A DNA stretch of 64,000 bases from an uncultured bacterium (GTDB taxonomy: Bacteria; CSSED10-310; CAZUFC01), in the NCBI GenBank assembly GCA_964619725.1, contig CAZUFC010000024.1:1-64000 (forward strand). The letters run 5' to 3'. Shown here piece after piece: positions 42,484 through 53,301 of the stretch. Numbering within the stretch: position 1 is the first letter of the stretch; the number at the start of each line of letters is the position of its first letter. A program made the position numbers and the translations under genes. The notes below the pieces were generated by a model. It had not been told where the DNA came from. It worked only from the letters and a program-made list of their open reading frames with translations, and searched no databases.

Positions 42484-45400
42484 TTATTCATAACCGAAAC
42501 TGACGACATCGAATTCGCCGACAAGTATGCTGCTCTGGGGATGCAGGAATGCGCCCCAGAACTTCAATCCTTCGGCAGCCCCGACGTTTTCCGTGGGCCA
42601 GTCGAATTGAAGCCGGGTTTGATGGTCGTATTCGTAAGAGGGCAGTTCGACGAGGGCGCAATCCGGTTCGACGGACCAGTCGGGCCAGAACCAGTAGCTT
42701 CCGTAGACGTCAAGGATGATCCATTCGTCCAGTTCCATAGTTCCGTGAGGGTTCCAGCCGGTTCGGGTCAGGATGAATTCGTCTCCGGCATGAAAGGTTT
42801 CATGATTGAGGTTGAGGTTCATGACCACGTGGTCCGGGTGATCTTCCGGTGTTGAAGTAGGCGTGAGCGTCGAGGGCGGTTCCGGCGTGAAGGAAGGATA
42901 GAAGGTCGGAGTAGGCGTAGTTGGAGAGAAAGTGGGGTACATGGTAGCTGTGGGAGTAATGGGAGTATCGGTCGGGGTCCTGGTCGGCGAGCAGGTCGGT
43001 GTCGAAGTAGGGGTAAAGGTGGGTTCAGGGGTAGGCGTAAAGGGCGGAATTGTGGGCGTCGGAGGAATGCATTCGGATGTATAAGAGACCAGTACGTCAT
43101 CAATGTTCCATCCGCAGAACCGCCATCCTGAATCCGTGGGACCCATGCCCCAGCGTATCTTGACGTTGAAATGCCCTGCAGCCCATTGCGTCAGATCATA
43201 TTCGACGAATTCCCATTCTCCGCCGTTCATAGTGGTCGTATTTTCCCAGAATACATCCCAGGATGATCCGCCGTTGCTGCTGACCTCGATATAAGCGTGA
43301 TCGTAAGTAGGCTGTTCCACTCCCAGCCATCTCCAGAAAGAAAGATAAACCTGTTCCGCTCCTGAACAGTCAATTGCACCCGTGGTCATATAGCGCGTAT
43401 TGTACATGTTGTTGGGATAATCCCCGTTCAGATTGTAGCCGCATACGTTATTGCCCGTGTAACCGCTCGTTGGATCAGGTTCGCCGTAATCACCGCCGTT
43501 GCCCGTGGGTTGCCCCCAGTCCCAGTCGCCGTCCATGGACCATCCCGGATTCATATTCATGTCCTGCCAGAGGATAACATGAAGCTCAAGCGTGGTAAAA
43601 TCGTAATAATATCCGTCATTGTCATCGACGATCATGTTGCCTGCAGCGTCAGAGGACTGAACTTCAAAATAATAGACCGAACAGTCATCGAGGCCGTTCA
43701 ATACCGCCTGGTGTTCCTCGACGTCGAATTCGTCAAAATACAGGATGGAAGGAGGATATGTCGTCCCGTATCGAACGACGGTATCGGCAGGTTCATCGGT
43801 TGTCCAGGAAATAATCGCTCTTTCGTGCGAGACATCCTCTACCGTCACATTGGAAATGGCCGGAGCAACGCAATCGACCTGCGCCGTCATTTCCACCGGT
43901 TGCGGTTCGCCCTGACAATCCGCATCTTCGTAAAGCACATAAACCAGGTCGCCGTGAGTCACCTGGACCGTTCCCGGTGAAGAATAGGCGGACAATGCCG
44001 CTGTTCCTTCGAAAGTCCCCGTATTCGCTCCCGTTTCGGTTAATGTGAAATACTCGCCCGAAGGATCGGTATCACTGGTCACTGAAACTTGCGCTGTTTC
44101 AAACTCCATGGGATTCGCGTTCAAGTCCTGGTCAATCAGATTGATCCCGATTTCCGATTCGCAGCCGTATTTCGTGCTGTCTAGCGTTAAAAAACCGCAG
44201 CCGGGAATGATATGAGTCGTCACTACGGCATCCAGGTCGAAACCGGGGTCCGGAGCGCTTGATGAACCGTCGCCGTCATCGACGATTTTTACGTAACGGG
44301 CCGTTTCCAGTCCTGTGCCGTAAATGTCGAATGAAGATGTTCCCGTTCCGGAACCCACCGATTGCCAGGGACCTCGCCAATCATTACCCACATAAACATC
44401 GTATCCTTCCTCCGTCCCCGTCGCTTCGTGAATTGTGAAGTCATCATCTTCACTGTCCCAGATTTCCGTTCCTGCTCCCATGTCGAGAACAATGTATCCG
44501 TCCACGCCGATTGAATAATAATAATCGTCGGGCGGTCCCAATGCCTCGAATGTCAACGTCTCGTTCGTATCTCCGTAACTCGTGTCATTGCATATTATCG
44601 TCCGGTAAGCATAGCCGTCCGCTGCCGCCGTCAATTCCACGTCTAGCTCAGCGACCTCTCCGTTGACCACCATTACGCCGCCTATCGTCTGCAGCTCATA
44701 ATCATTGGCCCATATCTGAACAGTATATGTCCCCGCCCTCAGATACTTATGATAATCGCCCAGCGACGGATCGCCGTATCCTATGTCGCGTAATCCGACA
44801 TACATCCCTTCTACGCGAATTACCGCAGGAACAGGCTCACCTGTGGCGGCATCGGTTACCATGCCCTGGAGTCCATATCCGGCCTCTTCTATCATGAATA
44901 ATGATGCCTCACGGTTCCGTTCAAAATATCCATCAATCTGAGATGCCGGCGGCGTCTTCGTATAAGATATTTCCACACATTGACCCAAAGCCCCGTTTAT
45001 GCCCAGATCATAATCCATCGAACCGCCGTTCACTTGGTAAAGAACATGGCCGCATTGCCCGCCTGTATATGAGGACAATGCCGAATATTCATTCTGAACA
45101 TACTCATGCTCAAGATAATTCGGAGCACGGTCGTTCGTATAACACCACGAATACAGAAACATCTCCGTCCCTGAATGATACGTCATCGACATCGAATAAG
45201 GACGCGCCAGAATATATTCCGCCATCGCCTGCGTTTCCGGCTGCGATAACGGGGAAGGACTGCCGCCGTCTCCGTTCCATTGATATCCATAGTCGCGGTT
45301 GCAATCAACATAATTGGCGTTGTAACGCATCCCCATCTCCATGCCGTCAGGATTCACGCACGGCAATATCCAGATTTCCCGCGTATTCACCAGCTCGGTT

Positions 45401-45996
45401 ATTAAAGGGTCTGTCCCATAACCTTCCACCAACAACTCCGTCAATAGATAAGCTACTTCCTGTCCGATCTTTTCATCTCCATGGATGTTGCCGTCGAATC
45501 GTATCTCAGCCTCATTTTCATTCGCAGACACATTATCCGAAATTTTCATCAACCATAAATCACGTCCCTGCACGCTCGTTCCCATCGACGACATGGCGCA
45601 TATGTCCGGATAATTCGTCGCCAATGCCTCAAGATCGCTCGTCAGCTCTGTGTAACTGTGATATTCAGACTTCTCTCCGTCCCCTATCGCTCGAATCCGC
45701 TCCCACTCCTGCTTTAAATCTGATACAACCACTCTCGCATCAAATCCGGCCGCCCTCAGTTCACTCAAACCTTCCTCGTCAACATCAGACAAAAAGTCAC
45801 CCGCTTCATTTATTCCTACTAAATATATCCCGTGCTTATACAATCCCTCCAACTCCGAAGGAACGTCTAAAGAAACAGCCACACGCATCGTAGGCGGCCA
45901 TCCGGCCCATGCCGCCGGGTTGTAAGTTACCGTAAAAAATATCGTTAATACCAATAAAATGAATATCCCGTTGCCGATCAGCCGATAAGTTTTCAT
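42484..45996 (-). CDS. Secreted M14 zinc carboxypeptidase with accessory Ig/Fn3 domains, Pro/Thr linker and conserved C-terminal domain
   Basis: Signal peptide; HGDE, NPDG, RYNANYVDCNRD, YHS M14 motifs; carboxypeptidase regulatory-like domain; PTPT linker; LDVYGSYWFWP…FGYE. Confidence 0.9.
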   Translation of the reverse strand: MKTYRLIGNGIFILLVLTIFFTVTYNPAAWAGWPPTMRVAVSLDVPSELEGLYKHGIYLVGINEAGDFLSDVDEEGLSELRAAGFDARVVVSDLKQEWERIRAIGDGEKSEYHSYTELTSDLEALATNYPDICAMSSMGTSVQGRDLWLMKISDNVSANENEAEIRFDGNIHGDEKIGQEVAYLLTELLVEGYGTDPLITELVNTREIWILPCVNPDGMEMGMRYNANYVDCNRDYGYQWNGDGGSPSPLSQPETQAMAEYILARPYSMSMTYHSGTEMFLYSWCYTNDRAPNYLEHEYVQNEYSALSSYTGGQCGHVLYQVNGGSMDYDLGINGALGQCVEISYTKTPPASQIDGYFERNREASLFMIEEAGYGLQGMVTDAATGEPVPAVIRVEGMYVGLRDIGYGDPSLGDYHKYLRAGTYTVQIWANDYELQTIGGVMVVNGEVAELDVELTAAADGYAYRTIICNDTSYGDTNETLTFEALGPPDDYYYSIGVDGYIVLDMGAGTEIWDSEDDDFTIHEATGTEEGYDVYVGNDWRGPWQSVGSGTGTSSFDIYGTGLETARYVKIVDDGDGSSSAPDPGFDLDAVVTTHIIPGCGFLTLDSTKYGCESEIGINLIDQDLNANPMEFETAQVSVTSDTDPSGEYFTLTETGANTGTFEGTAALSAYSSPGTVQVTHGDLVYVLYEDADCQGEPQPVEMTAQVDCVAPAISNVTVEDVSHERAIISWTTDEPADTVVRYGTTYPPSILYFDEFDVEEHQAVLNGLDDCSVYYFEVQSSDAAGNMIVDDNDGYYYDFTTLELHVILWQDMNMNPGWSMDGDWDWGQPTGNGGDYGEPDPTSGYTGNNVCGYNLNGDYPNNMYNTRYMTTGAIDCSGAEQVYLSFWRWLGVEQPTYDHAYIEVSSNGGSSWDVFWENTTTMNGGEWEFVEYDLTQWAAGHFNVKIRWGMGPTDSGWRFCGWNIDDVLVSYTSECIPPTPTIPPFTPTPEPTFTPTSTPTCSPTRTPTDTPITPTATMYPTFSPTTPTPTFYPSFTPEPPSTLTPTSTPEDHPDHVVMNLNLNHETFHAGDEFILTRTGWNPHGTMELDEWIILDVYGSYWFWPDWSVEPDCALVELPSYEYDHQTRLQFDWPTENVGAAEGLKFWGAFLHPQSSILVGEFDVVSFGYE

Positions 45997-46217
45997 TCAG
46001 TCCCCCGTTGCTTCATTAAATTCACGTTCTGCAGCTTTCCATGCTGCACCCAAAAAAGCCAATGGGAAAATTTATGGATAAAAATCCCAATGCCCGCTTG
46101 CCGTAATTTGCATTATGTTATTCATATTCACTGATTCTACCCAGCCTCACTTAATTCCATGAAGTGAAACTCCGCTTTAGTTATTAACATATTGAAACCG
46201 AAAAAGAAAGAAAAGGG

Positions 46218-46365
46218 GGAAGATTGGAAGGGGGAAGATTGGAAGAATGGAGGATTGTGAAGGTGTAGGATTGGAATAATGAGAGGATTGGAAGATTGGA
46301 GGATTGTAGGATGGCTGGATTGGAAGAGGGGAAGATTTAAGGATTTGAAAATTGGAGGGGATTGA
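46218..46365. repeat. Degenerate octamer tandem array (consensus GAAGATTG), ~18 units
   Basis: GAAGATTG GAAGAATG GAGGATTG … TAGGATTG … GAAGATTG GAGGATTG visible directly. Confidence 0.8.
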
Positions 46366-46572
46366 TCAAAACGGGGTTACAGTTCTTTCAAGATTTTCGA
46401 CAGTTTGTTTCAGTAATCGGGGTCGGTATCGTAATCTAAATCGAAACTGAATGATGGGATATTCGGAAGAAATGTAACCTCAAAAGACCTGTTTTTGATC
46501 AATGCCAATTATTGAGTTAATGAGGCTGGATTTCGTTTGCTTAGAGAATTAATTGCCTGAATTGAATCAAAT

Positions 46573-47925
46573 TTATTGCCTGAATCCTGATTTATCGCCC
46601 CCTTCAGCATCTTCATCACTCAAAAACCATTCCCACGCCGGTATTATTTCTATCCTTAATTCATCCGCCCTTTCTTCCCTTTTCGCATCTCCGGTTATTA
46701 TTAATCCTCGCCGAAGTCCCAATTCCCTCATCCCTGAAACAAGCGCTCTTTTCTCTCGATCGTATGTTTCGATTCTGTCCATATTCAGACATACCTGAAT
46801 CAAATTCTTTTCCTCTCCTCTCTCCGTCAGAAAATCTATCTCATAACCGGCCTTCGTCTTATAATAACATAATGAATATCCTCGCCGCCTCAATTCAAGA
46901 AAAACCATGTTTTCCAATACTCGTCCCCTGTTTTTAGAAAGCTGTAAATTCAGATAATTATGCATTCCGTGATCGATTATATAGAACTTTTTCGGGTTTA
47001 CCTGGCGCCTTCTTTCTGACTCCGCACAAATATTCAACATAAATCCGAAATATATCTCCTCACAATATCCCGTAAATTCGCTTAATGTAGTCTTCGATAA
47101 TTTTATTCCTCGGGATTTGTAGTCCTTTTCCACTTTGCTCAAGCTGACCATCGAAGAAATATTGGACAACAACGTGTGCAGCCATTGGCGAAGCAATTCA
47201 TGATTCTTTATGCCGTATCGCTCCACCAGATCACGAAACATGATCGCATTGAAGTAATCCTGAAGCATCCTGACGCGCATCGAATCTTCCTGCATAAAAA
47301 CGATTTCCGGATATCCGCCCGACTCGAAATACGAATCGAATTCCGCTTTCAGCCGAAATCTCTTTTTTCCATAAATATCATCAGCCGTCCAGAATACGCC
47401 TGCTGCCGTTAAAATTTCCGAAAACGAAAAAGGCAACAATTCATACGTCAGCGTTCTCCCTCTTAAGGATGTCGCAATATCACGGCTCAAAAATTTGGAA
47501 TTAGACCCTGTTATGAATATTCTGTATCCCTGTTCGTTCAACCTTCTTACAAATTTATCCCAGTTTTCAATATTCTGAATTTCATCAAAAAAAAGAAATG
47601 GCTTTCGCTCCCGGTCATATAATTCAAAATAAGCTTCCAGGATTATCCCTAAATCTTCCGCTCTCAAAGGCAATATCCGTTCATCTTCAAAATTGATATG
47701 CAGAATATCCGTGATCTTCCCATTCCCGGACAGCAACCTTTTCATCATCTGAAAAGAAAAAAAAGTCTTACCGGCTCTTCTCGGTCCGACAACGGTTATT
47801 ATTTTGTTTACCCGCGCATTAAAAAAATCGTAATCAATCTCTAATTCCCTCTCGACTAATTCAGGCAGACTTGCCTCATGAAACTCTTTTATGATTATTT
47901 TTATTTTTTCTTTTAATGAAGCCAT
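46573..47925 (-). CDS. AAA_14 / DUF4143 ATP-binding protein
   Basis: GPRRAGKT Walker A; FFDEIQN; ITGSNS; GGYPE; KKFYIIDHG; LENMVFLEL…EIDF…LIQVC. Start at MASLKE with GGAG RBS. Confidence 0.9.
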   Translation of the reverse strand: MASLKEKIKIIIKEFHEASLPELVERELEIDYDFFNARVNKIITVVGPRRAGKTFFSFQMMKRLLSGNGKITDILHINFEDERILPLRAEDLGIILEAYFELYDRERKPFLFFDEIQNIENWDKFVRRLNEQGYRIFITGSNSKFLSRDIATSLRGRTLTYELLPFSFSEILTAAGVFWTADDIYGKKRFRLKAEFDSYFESGGYPEIVFMQEDSMRVRMLQDYFNAIMFRDLVERYGIKNHELLRQWLHTLLSNISSMVSLSKVEKDYKSRGIKLSKTTLSEFTGYCEEIYFGFMLNICAESERRRQVNPKKFYIIDHGMHNYLNLQLSKNRGRVLENMVFLELRRRGYSLCYYKTKAGYEIDFLTERGEEKNLIQVCLNMDRIETYDREKRALVSGMRELGLRRGLIITGDAKREERADELRIEIIPAWEWFLSDEDAEGGDKSGFRQ

Positions 47926-48339
47926 TAGGTTTCTCCTTTTTTGTTTTTTGCAAAAAACAAAAAACCTTATTTTTGAATTATAAGGCATCCAAGATTGTAA
48001 GATCAAATGATGCATTCGTCAATCCTGATTCCGTATCCAAAAACTGGGTTTGTCCGCCAGGCCGGCAAGAACCGCTGCGTCCTCTGTTTACCAATGTCGG
48101 GTCTTTCCGCCGTTCATTTTGATCATCATGAAAAATATCAGCGATTGACAGTCTCGCAGCGTCCCGGTAATTTGTTCGTATGAATCGGGTTTGCTTCTGA
48201 CCGCATATTTTAATGCGTTCACCAAGGTACAAGTAAATTCCTGTTCGGAAGGCTGAGGGGTTTGTGATCTGAAAGCGGAGGACTTTCCCGGATTTCGGGA
48301 CTGATAAAACCGGTGTTACACTTCATTCAAAACTTGTAA

Positions 48340-49668
48340 CCGTTTGTTTCAGTTTTTACTCCCCTTATCAGCGATTCCCCGGCCAAACTTCTGACGGTTC
48401 GAGTTTTGGTACAGGACGGCGCGGGAGGCGGCGCTACATCCAATTTTAACCTTAAAATCTGGGAGGATACCGGCGGACTTCAACCGGGAGCGCTCCTGCT
48501 GGACCGGCAGGTCTCTCTGGTAGCTCAAAACAGTTGGAACGACATCGATATATCTGCCGATAACATCATCGTCAGCAGCGGTTCTGTACGCGTAGGACTT
48601 GAATTTCACACGGACCCTCCGCCCAGTTTTTGTCGTGACGGCGATGGAAATATCCAATATCATCGTAATCTGATCAAGGCTGTCCCCGGCGGGTGGTTCT
48701 GGTCGGAATTTTTCGGGTTGCAGGGCGACTGGATTCTGCGGCTGCAGATCGACGGCAATTACGGAGCGCAAACCGCGACTCCCGCGCCGACCCGGACGCC
48801 GACAAAAACCCCGACAATGCCGGGACCGACGGCGACCTTTACACCGACTCAGCCGGGACCGACGGCCACTTTCACGCCCACGATGCCCGGAGTCACCTAT
48901 ACGCCGACATGGATGCCGACCACGACTATTACTCCTACTCAGTCGACTTCAGAAGGAACGATAGAGTGGGATGCCGGTCAGTACTTCGGACTGGATGCAC
49001 ACGCCAGGATAACCGTTACCGATCCGGACCTGGATATTGATCCCGGCGCTCAGCAGCAACTCGACGTCCGGGTATGGAGCGAGTCCGACCCGTATCCGTC
49101 GGGAATCAATGTGACTCTTTACGAAACGGGCCTGTCCAGCGATACCTTCCAGTCGGTCTACCCCCATGTGAGTTTCTCAGAGACCGCCGGCGACGACGAC
49201 GAGGATATGATATTTGTCGAAGATGGAGACCTTGTCTATGCAAGATACATAGATGAGAATCCGGTTGGAGAAAGGATCGCTTCGGCGCAATGGTTCGCAT
49301 CGCAAGGCATCACGCTGGAACTCGTCATGCCCGATGATCGCTTCGGCGACGGTGAACTGTGTTACCTGAATATGAATTTTACCAATTCCGGAGACACCCA
49401 GGAAGTGGACCTCTACGCGCTGCTCAACGTTTTCGGCGATTACTTCTGTTACCCCAGTTGGCAAAACATCAACCTTGGATTGGACCATGACGACATGTTC
49501 GTTCCCGCAGATTACCAGGGAACCCTGGAACTGATTGAAGAATTCGCCATGCCGCCCGTGGACCCGGTTGGACCCCTGTTTTTCCACGCCGCCATGTTTC
49601 AGGACGGTCAACTCACCCTGGAAACACTGGCCGCCGATCCCGATTCATTCGAGTTCTATCTGGAGTAG
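48340..49668 (+). pseudogene. Apparently 5'-truncated remnant of a secreted Pro/Thr-linker protein with the conserved C-terminal domain
   Basis: The frame is open from the TAA at 48337-39 with no ATG, RBS or signal peptide near its 5' end; it begins mid-domain (FVSVFTPLISDSPAKLLTVRV…); the C-terminal domain is homologous to those of 221-2956 and 42484-45996. Confidence 0.6.
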
Positions 49669-49789
49669 ACTGAAGACGAAAGATATTATTAGTCCATTTT
49701 CGGGATTTCTATTCTTGTCCATAAAACGGTAAGGCATTTCGATACAAGAGGATAATTTCGCAGTCCTGTTAATCCGCCGGGTCATCTAC

Positions 49790-49843
49790 CCCGGATTTCT
49801 CATACAAAATCGTAACAGGTTTTGTATGAGAAATGCGGGCTAA
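49790..49843. mobile_element. Minimal (~50 bp) element made of two terminal inverted repeats
   Basis: CCCGGATTTCTCATACAAAA … TTTTGTATGAGAAATGCGGG (19/20 inverted match); the left arm is identical to the reverse complement of 24-48. Confidence 0.7.
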
Positions 49844-49989
49844 ATCCCCCGGTTGAATCTAAAGACAAATTCGATGATCAACCCGGCGTAAAGAAAAGGA
49901 CTTTGGAATCGACAGAAAACAATTTGCATTAATGGTTCATTTGATTTATCTTTTTCAGGTGAACCGGGGATTCTTGAAGGGGAGTCCGG

Positions 49990-51453
49990 ATGTATGACGT
50001 AGCGATTGTGGGCGGCGGTGTCATCGGTTGTGCTGTTGCCCGTTTTCTTTCACAGTATGAAGTTTCCGGCGTACTGCTTGAGAAGTATGAGGAAGTCGGT
50101 TTCGGGACATCCAAATCCAACAGCGGTATAATACATGCTGGACATCACAGTTCTCCCGATACATTGAAGGGAAGGCTGGCGGTGCCCGGCAACAGGATGT
50201 TCGATCGGTTGAGCGAAGAGCTGAAGTTTGCTTTCAAGCGGATAGGGGAGCTTGTCGTTGCAGCCGGCGAAGAAGAAATTGCCGTTTTGCGGAAATTGAA
50301 GTTGCAGGGGGAACAGAAGGGCGTGCCGGGTATGGAGATGTGGGACAGGGAACGCCTTCGAAGGGAAGAGCCTAACCTGTCGAAGCGCCTGATCGCAGCC
50401 TTGCATGTGCCCACTGCCGGTGTGATTAATCCGTACGAGTTCTGCTTTGCCCTGGTAGAAAATGCCGTGGACAACGGTTTTGAATTGAAGATCAACGCTG
50501 AAGTCACAGGAATAAGATATGAGAAGGATTCCTTCCTGATAGAAACGAACGAGGAAACCGTCAAAAGCCGGTTCGTGATAAACAGCGCGGGTCTTTGGGC
50601 CGACAAGGTTGCCGGAATGGCAGGCATTGACGAATTTACCATTCATCCTCGCAAGGGTGAAGAATATATGCTGGACAAACGTCTGCAGGGATTGGTGAAA
50701 CGCCTTATATTTCCGGTTCCCCGAAAAAACAGCAAAGGCACATTAATCATTCCGACTTACGACGGCACCATGATGGTCGGACCGACTGCCGAAGATGTGG
50801 ACGACAGAAACGATCTGACTACGACCCGGCCAGGCGCCGAAAAAGTTTTTCAGTCTGTGAAAAAACTCTGCCCTTCCATCGACAAACGGGACACCATCGC
50901 TGAATTCGCCGGATTAAGGGCCGTCAGCAATACCAATGATTTCATCATCGGCCCTTCTTCCAGGAAGGGTTTCATCAATGCCGCCGGCATCCAGTCTCCA
51001 GGATTGACGGCAGCCCCCGCCATAGCTGAATACATCCTGGAAATATTACAGCAGCAGGGCCTCAAATTAATCAAAAAGAAAGATTTCAATCCTTCGGTCA
51101 AGGGTCCTGCCAGATTCGCCCTGCAAAATCCTAAACGCCGCCGGGAACTGATTCGGGAAAACCCCGGATTCGCCAGGGTCGTTTGTCGATGCGAATTGGT
51201 TACCGAAGCGGAAATTCACGAAGCCGTCGATCACGGCGCCAGGACTCTGGACGGCATTAAATTCAGAACAAGAGCAGGTATGGGACGATGCAACGGCGGC
51301 TTTTGCACCTACAGATGTATGAAAATACTTTCGGAACGTTTGAATAAGCCCCTGCATGAGATAACAAAAAGAGGCGACGATTCGCAGGTTATTTATCCGC
51401 GTGCCGAATATACGAACGATCCGGCGAGTGAACCTCCGGCCGGTTATGAATGA
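49990..51453 (+). CDS. FAD-dependent oxidoreductase, glycerol-3-phosphate dehydrogenase/LhgO-like, with C-terminal BFD-like [2Fe-2S] domain
   Basis: [37 protein letters not shown]…[14 protein letters not shown]. Confidence 0.88.
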   Translation: MYDVAIVGGGVIGCAVARFLSQYEVSGVLLEKYEEVGFGTSKSNSGIIHAGHHSSPDTLKGRLAVPGNRMFDRLSEELKFAFKRIGELVVAAGEEEIAVLRKLKLQGEQKGVPGMEMWDRERLRREEPNLSKRLIAALHVPTAGVINPYEFCFALVENAVDNGFELKINAEVTGIRYEKDSFLIETNEETVKSRFVINSAGLWADKVAGMAGIDEFTIHPRKGEEYMLDKRLQGLVKRLIFPVPRKNSKGTLIIPTYDGTMMVGPTAEDVDDRNDLTTTRPGAEKVFQSVKKLCPSIDKRDTIAEFAGLRAVSNTNDFIIGPSSRKGFINAAGIQSPGLTAAPAIAEYILEILQQQGLKLIKKKDFNPSVKGPARFALQNPKRRRELIRENPGFARVVCRCELVTEAEIHEAVDHGARTLDGIKFRTRAGMGRCNGGFCTYRCMKILSERLNKPLHEITKRGDDSQVIYPRAEYTNDPASEPPAGYE

Positions 51454-52769
51454 CGGAACGATTACCCTGGTTGAACGACAGGAAAGAGAGCATGTTCGGA
51501 CGATTACAAAGGAAATATGATGTGGCGGTCATCGGCGGCGGGCCTGCAGGATTGGCTGCGGCCATCGGAGCCCGGGATGCAGGAGTCGACAAAGTGCTGG
51601 TGACGGACCGGGAACCCGAAATGGGAGGCATCTTACTCCAATGCATCCATCCGGGATTCGGCCTGCATTATTTCAAGGATGAGCTCACCGGTCCTGAATA
51701 TGCCGAACGTTTTATCCGTAAGACAATCGATCACGATATAGATTTTATTACGGATTCTTACGTTTCATGGATATCTGCCGAAGGAGACGACGTTATCCGT
51801 ATCCAGGTTTTGAACGAGCATTACGGACTGAAAACAGTAGCCTGTCGTTCCGTCGTGCTGGCTATGGGATGCCGGGAACGAACACGCGGCGCTATTCTGA
51901 TTCCCGGTACGAGACCTTCCGGAGTCCTCACCGCGGGATTGGCGCAGAAGATGGTGAATATGCTGGGCTATCTGCCGGGAAAGAAAATAACCATACTGGG
52001 TTCAGGCGATATCGGACTCATTATGGCGCGACGGTTGACGCTTGAAGGCTGCGAAGTGAAAGGCGTATTCGAGATTATGCCCTATTCGAGCGGATTAACC
52101 AGGAATATCGTTCAATGTCTCGATGATTTCGATATTCCATTGTACCTTTCCACGACCGTGACGATGATTCATGGTCGAAACAGAGTCGAAAAAGTCACCG
52201 TGGCTCCCGTCGATGAAAACTTGATGCCGGACGAATCCAGAAGCCGGGATGTCGAATGCGATACTCTGCTGCTGTCCATAGGGCTTATTCCGGAAAATGA
52301 ACTGTCGCAAAACCTCGGACTCCAAATGGATGTTGTAACCAAAGGCCCTGTCGTTTCAAGCGATATGCAGACCTCCATGCCCGGAGTATTCGCCTGCGGT
52401 AATGTGCTCCATGTTCATGACCTGGCTGATTTCGTCACCCGAGAAGCTCTTCTGGCTGGCCGATTCGCCGGTGAATGGGCTCAGAATATCAGGAGACCTC
52501 GCGACAACATAAGAATTATTCCTGGAGAAAACGTCAATTACTGCGTTCCGCATACTATCAGTTCGGAAAGAGAACATACCCTTTACATGCGATGCTCTAA
52601 ACCCATGAAACCTTGCATCCTCAAAGCCGGAAACGTGCTCGAAAAAAAACTCCGCATCGCCGTACCCGCTGAAATGATTACTCTGAAACTTAAACCGGAC
52701 CTGCTGGATTCATTTCATGGAAATATGCTCAAACTCGACATCTTGCCCGTGGAGACCCAGAATGCCTGA
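51450..52769 (+). CDS. NAD(P)/FAD-dependent (pyridine nucleotide-disulfide type) oxidoreductase
   Basis: [55 protein letters not shown]. Start may be 51492. Confidence 0.88.
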   Translation: MTERLPWLNDRKESMFGRLQRKYDVAVIGGGPAGLAAAIGARDAGVDKVLVTDREPEMGGILLQCIHPGFGLHYFKDELTGPEYAERFIRKTIDHDIDFITDSYVSWISAEGDDVIRIQVLNEHYGLKTVACRSVVLAMGCRERTRGAILIPGTRPSGVLTAGLAQKMVNMLGYLPGKKITILGSGDIGLIMARRLTLEGCEVKGVFEIMPYSSGLTRNIVQCLDDFDIPLYLSTTVTMIHGRNRVEKVTVAPVDENLMPDESRSRDVECDTLLLSIGLIPENELSQNLGLQMDVVTKGPVVSSDMQTSMPGVFACGNVLHVHDLADFVTREALLAGRFAGEWAQNIRRPRDNIRIIPGENVNYCVPHTISSEREHTLYMRCSKPMKPCILKAGNVLEKKLRIAVPAEMITLKLKPDLLDSFHGNMLKLDILPVETQNA

Positions 52770-53145
52770 AACGAAAAAGATAACCTGTATCAGTTGCCCT
52801 GTCGGTTGTCCTATAGAACTCGTGCATGAAGGCGATAAAATCCTGGAAATTAAAAATCATATCTGTCCCCGCGGCGAAAAATACGCCAGGCAGGAATTCA
52901 TCGACCCTAGACGCTCACTCACGACCACGGCGCTCATAAAAGGAGCCCTCTGGAATAGAATACCCGTTAAAGTAACCCGGCCGCTGCCTAAAAACAGAAT
53001 CATGGATGCCGTAAAAATCATCCATAACCTGACCGTTGCAGCTCCTGTGCAAATGGGACAAATTCTGCTCAAAGATATTCTGAATCAAAAAAATGCTGAC
53101 GTCATCGCTACCAGAAGCATGAAAAAAATCAACGACGGTGATTAG
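52762..53145 (+). CDS. DUF1667 / CxxC metal-binding small subunit
   Basis: [10 protein letters not shown]…[11 protein letters not shown]…PRRSLTT. Confidence 0.85.
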   Translation: MPETKKITCISCPVGCPIELVHEGDKILEIKNHICPRGEKYARQEFIDPRRSLTTTALIKGALWNRIPVKVTRPLPKNRIMDAVKIIHNLTVAAPVQMGQILLKDILNQKNADVIATRSMKKINDGD

Positions 53146-53301
53146 AGCCTTTTAGGACGGGTTGAAAGCGATCAGTTTTATGTTTCAGTCACGGATGGAT
53201 AGGGATCAAGATTAAGGAATAATGGTAAACTGATGGGTGAATCAGCGGATGGGGTCGAATACGGGAGTATCCCCCCGGAGACTGTTTTACTCCTCAAGCC
53301 T

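Noticed and set aside
46573-47925. AAA_14/DUF4143 gene as an anti-phage or mobile system
   Set aside because: It is a solitary member of a widespread family with no partner nuclease, transposase or clear element boundaries.
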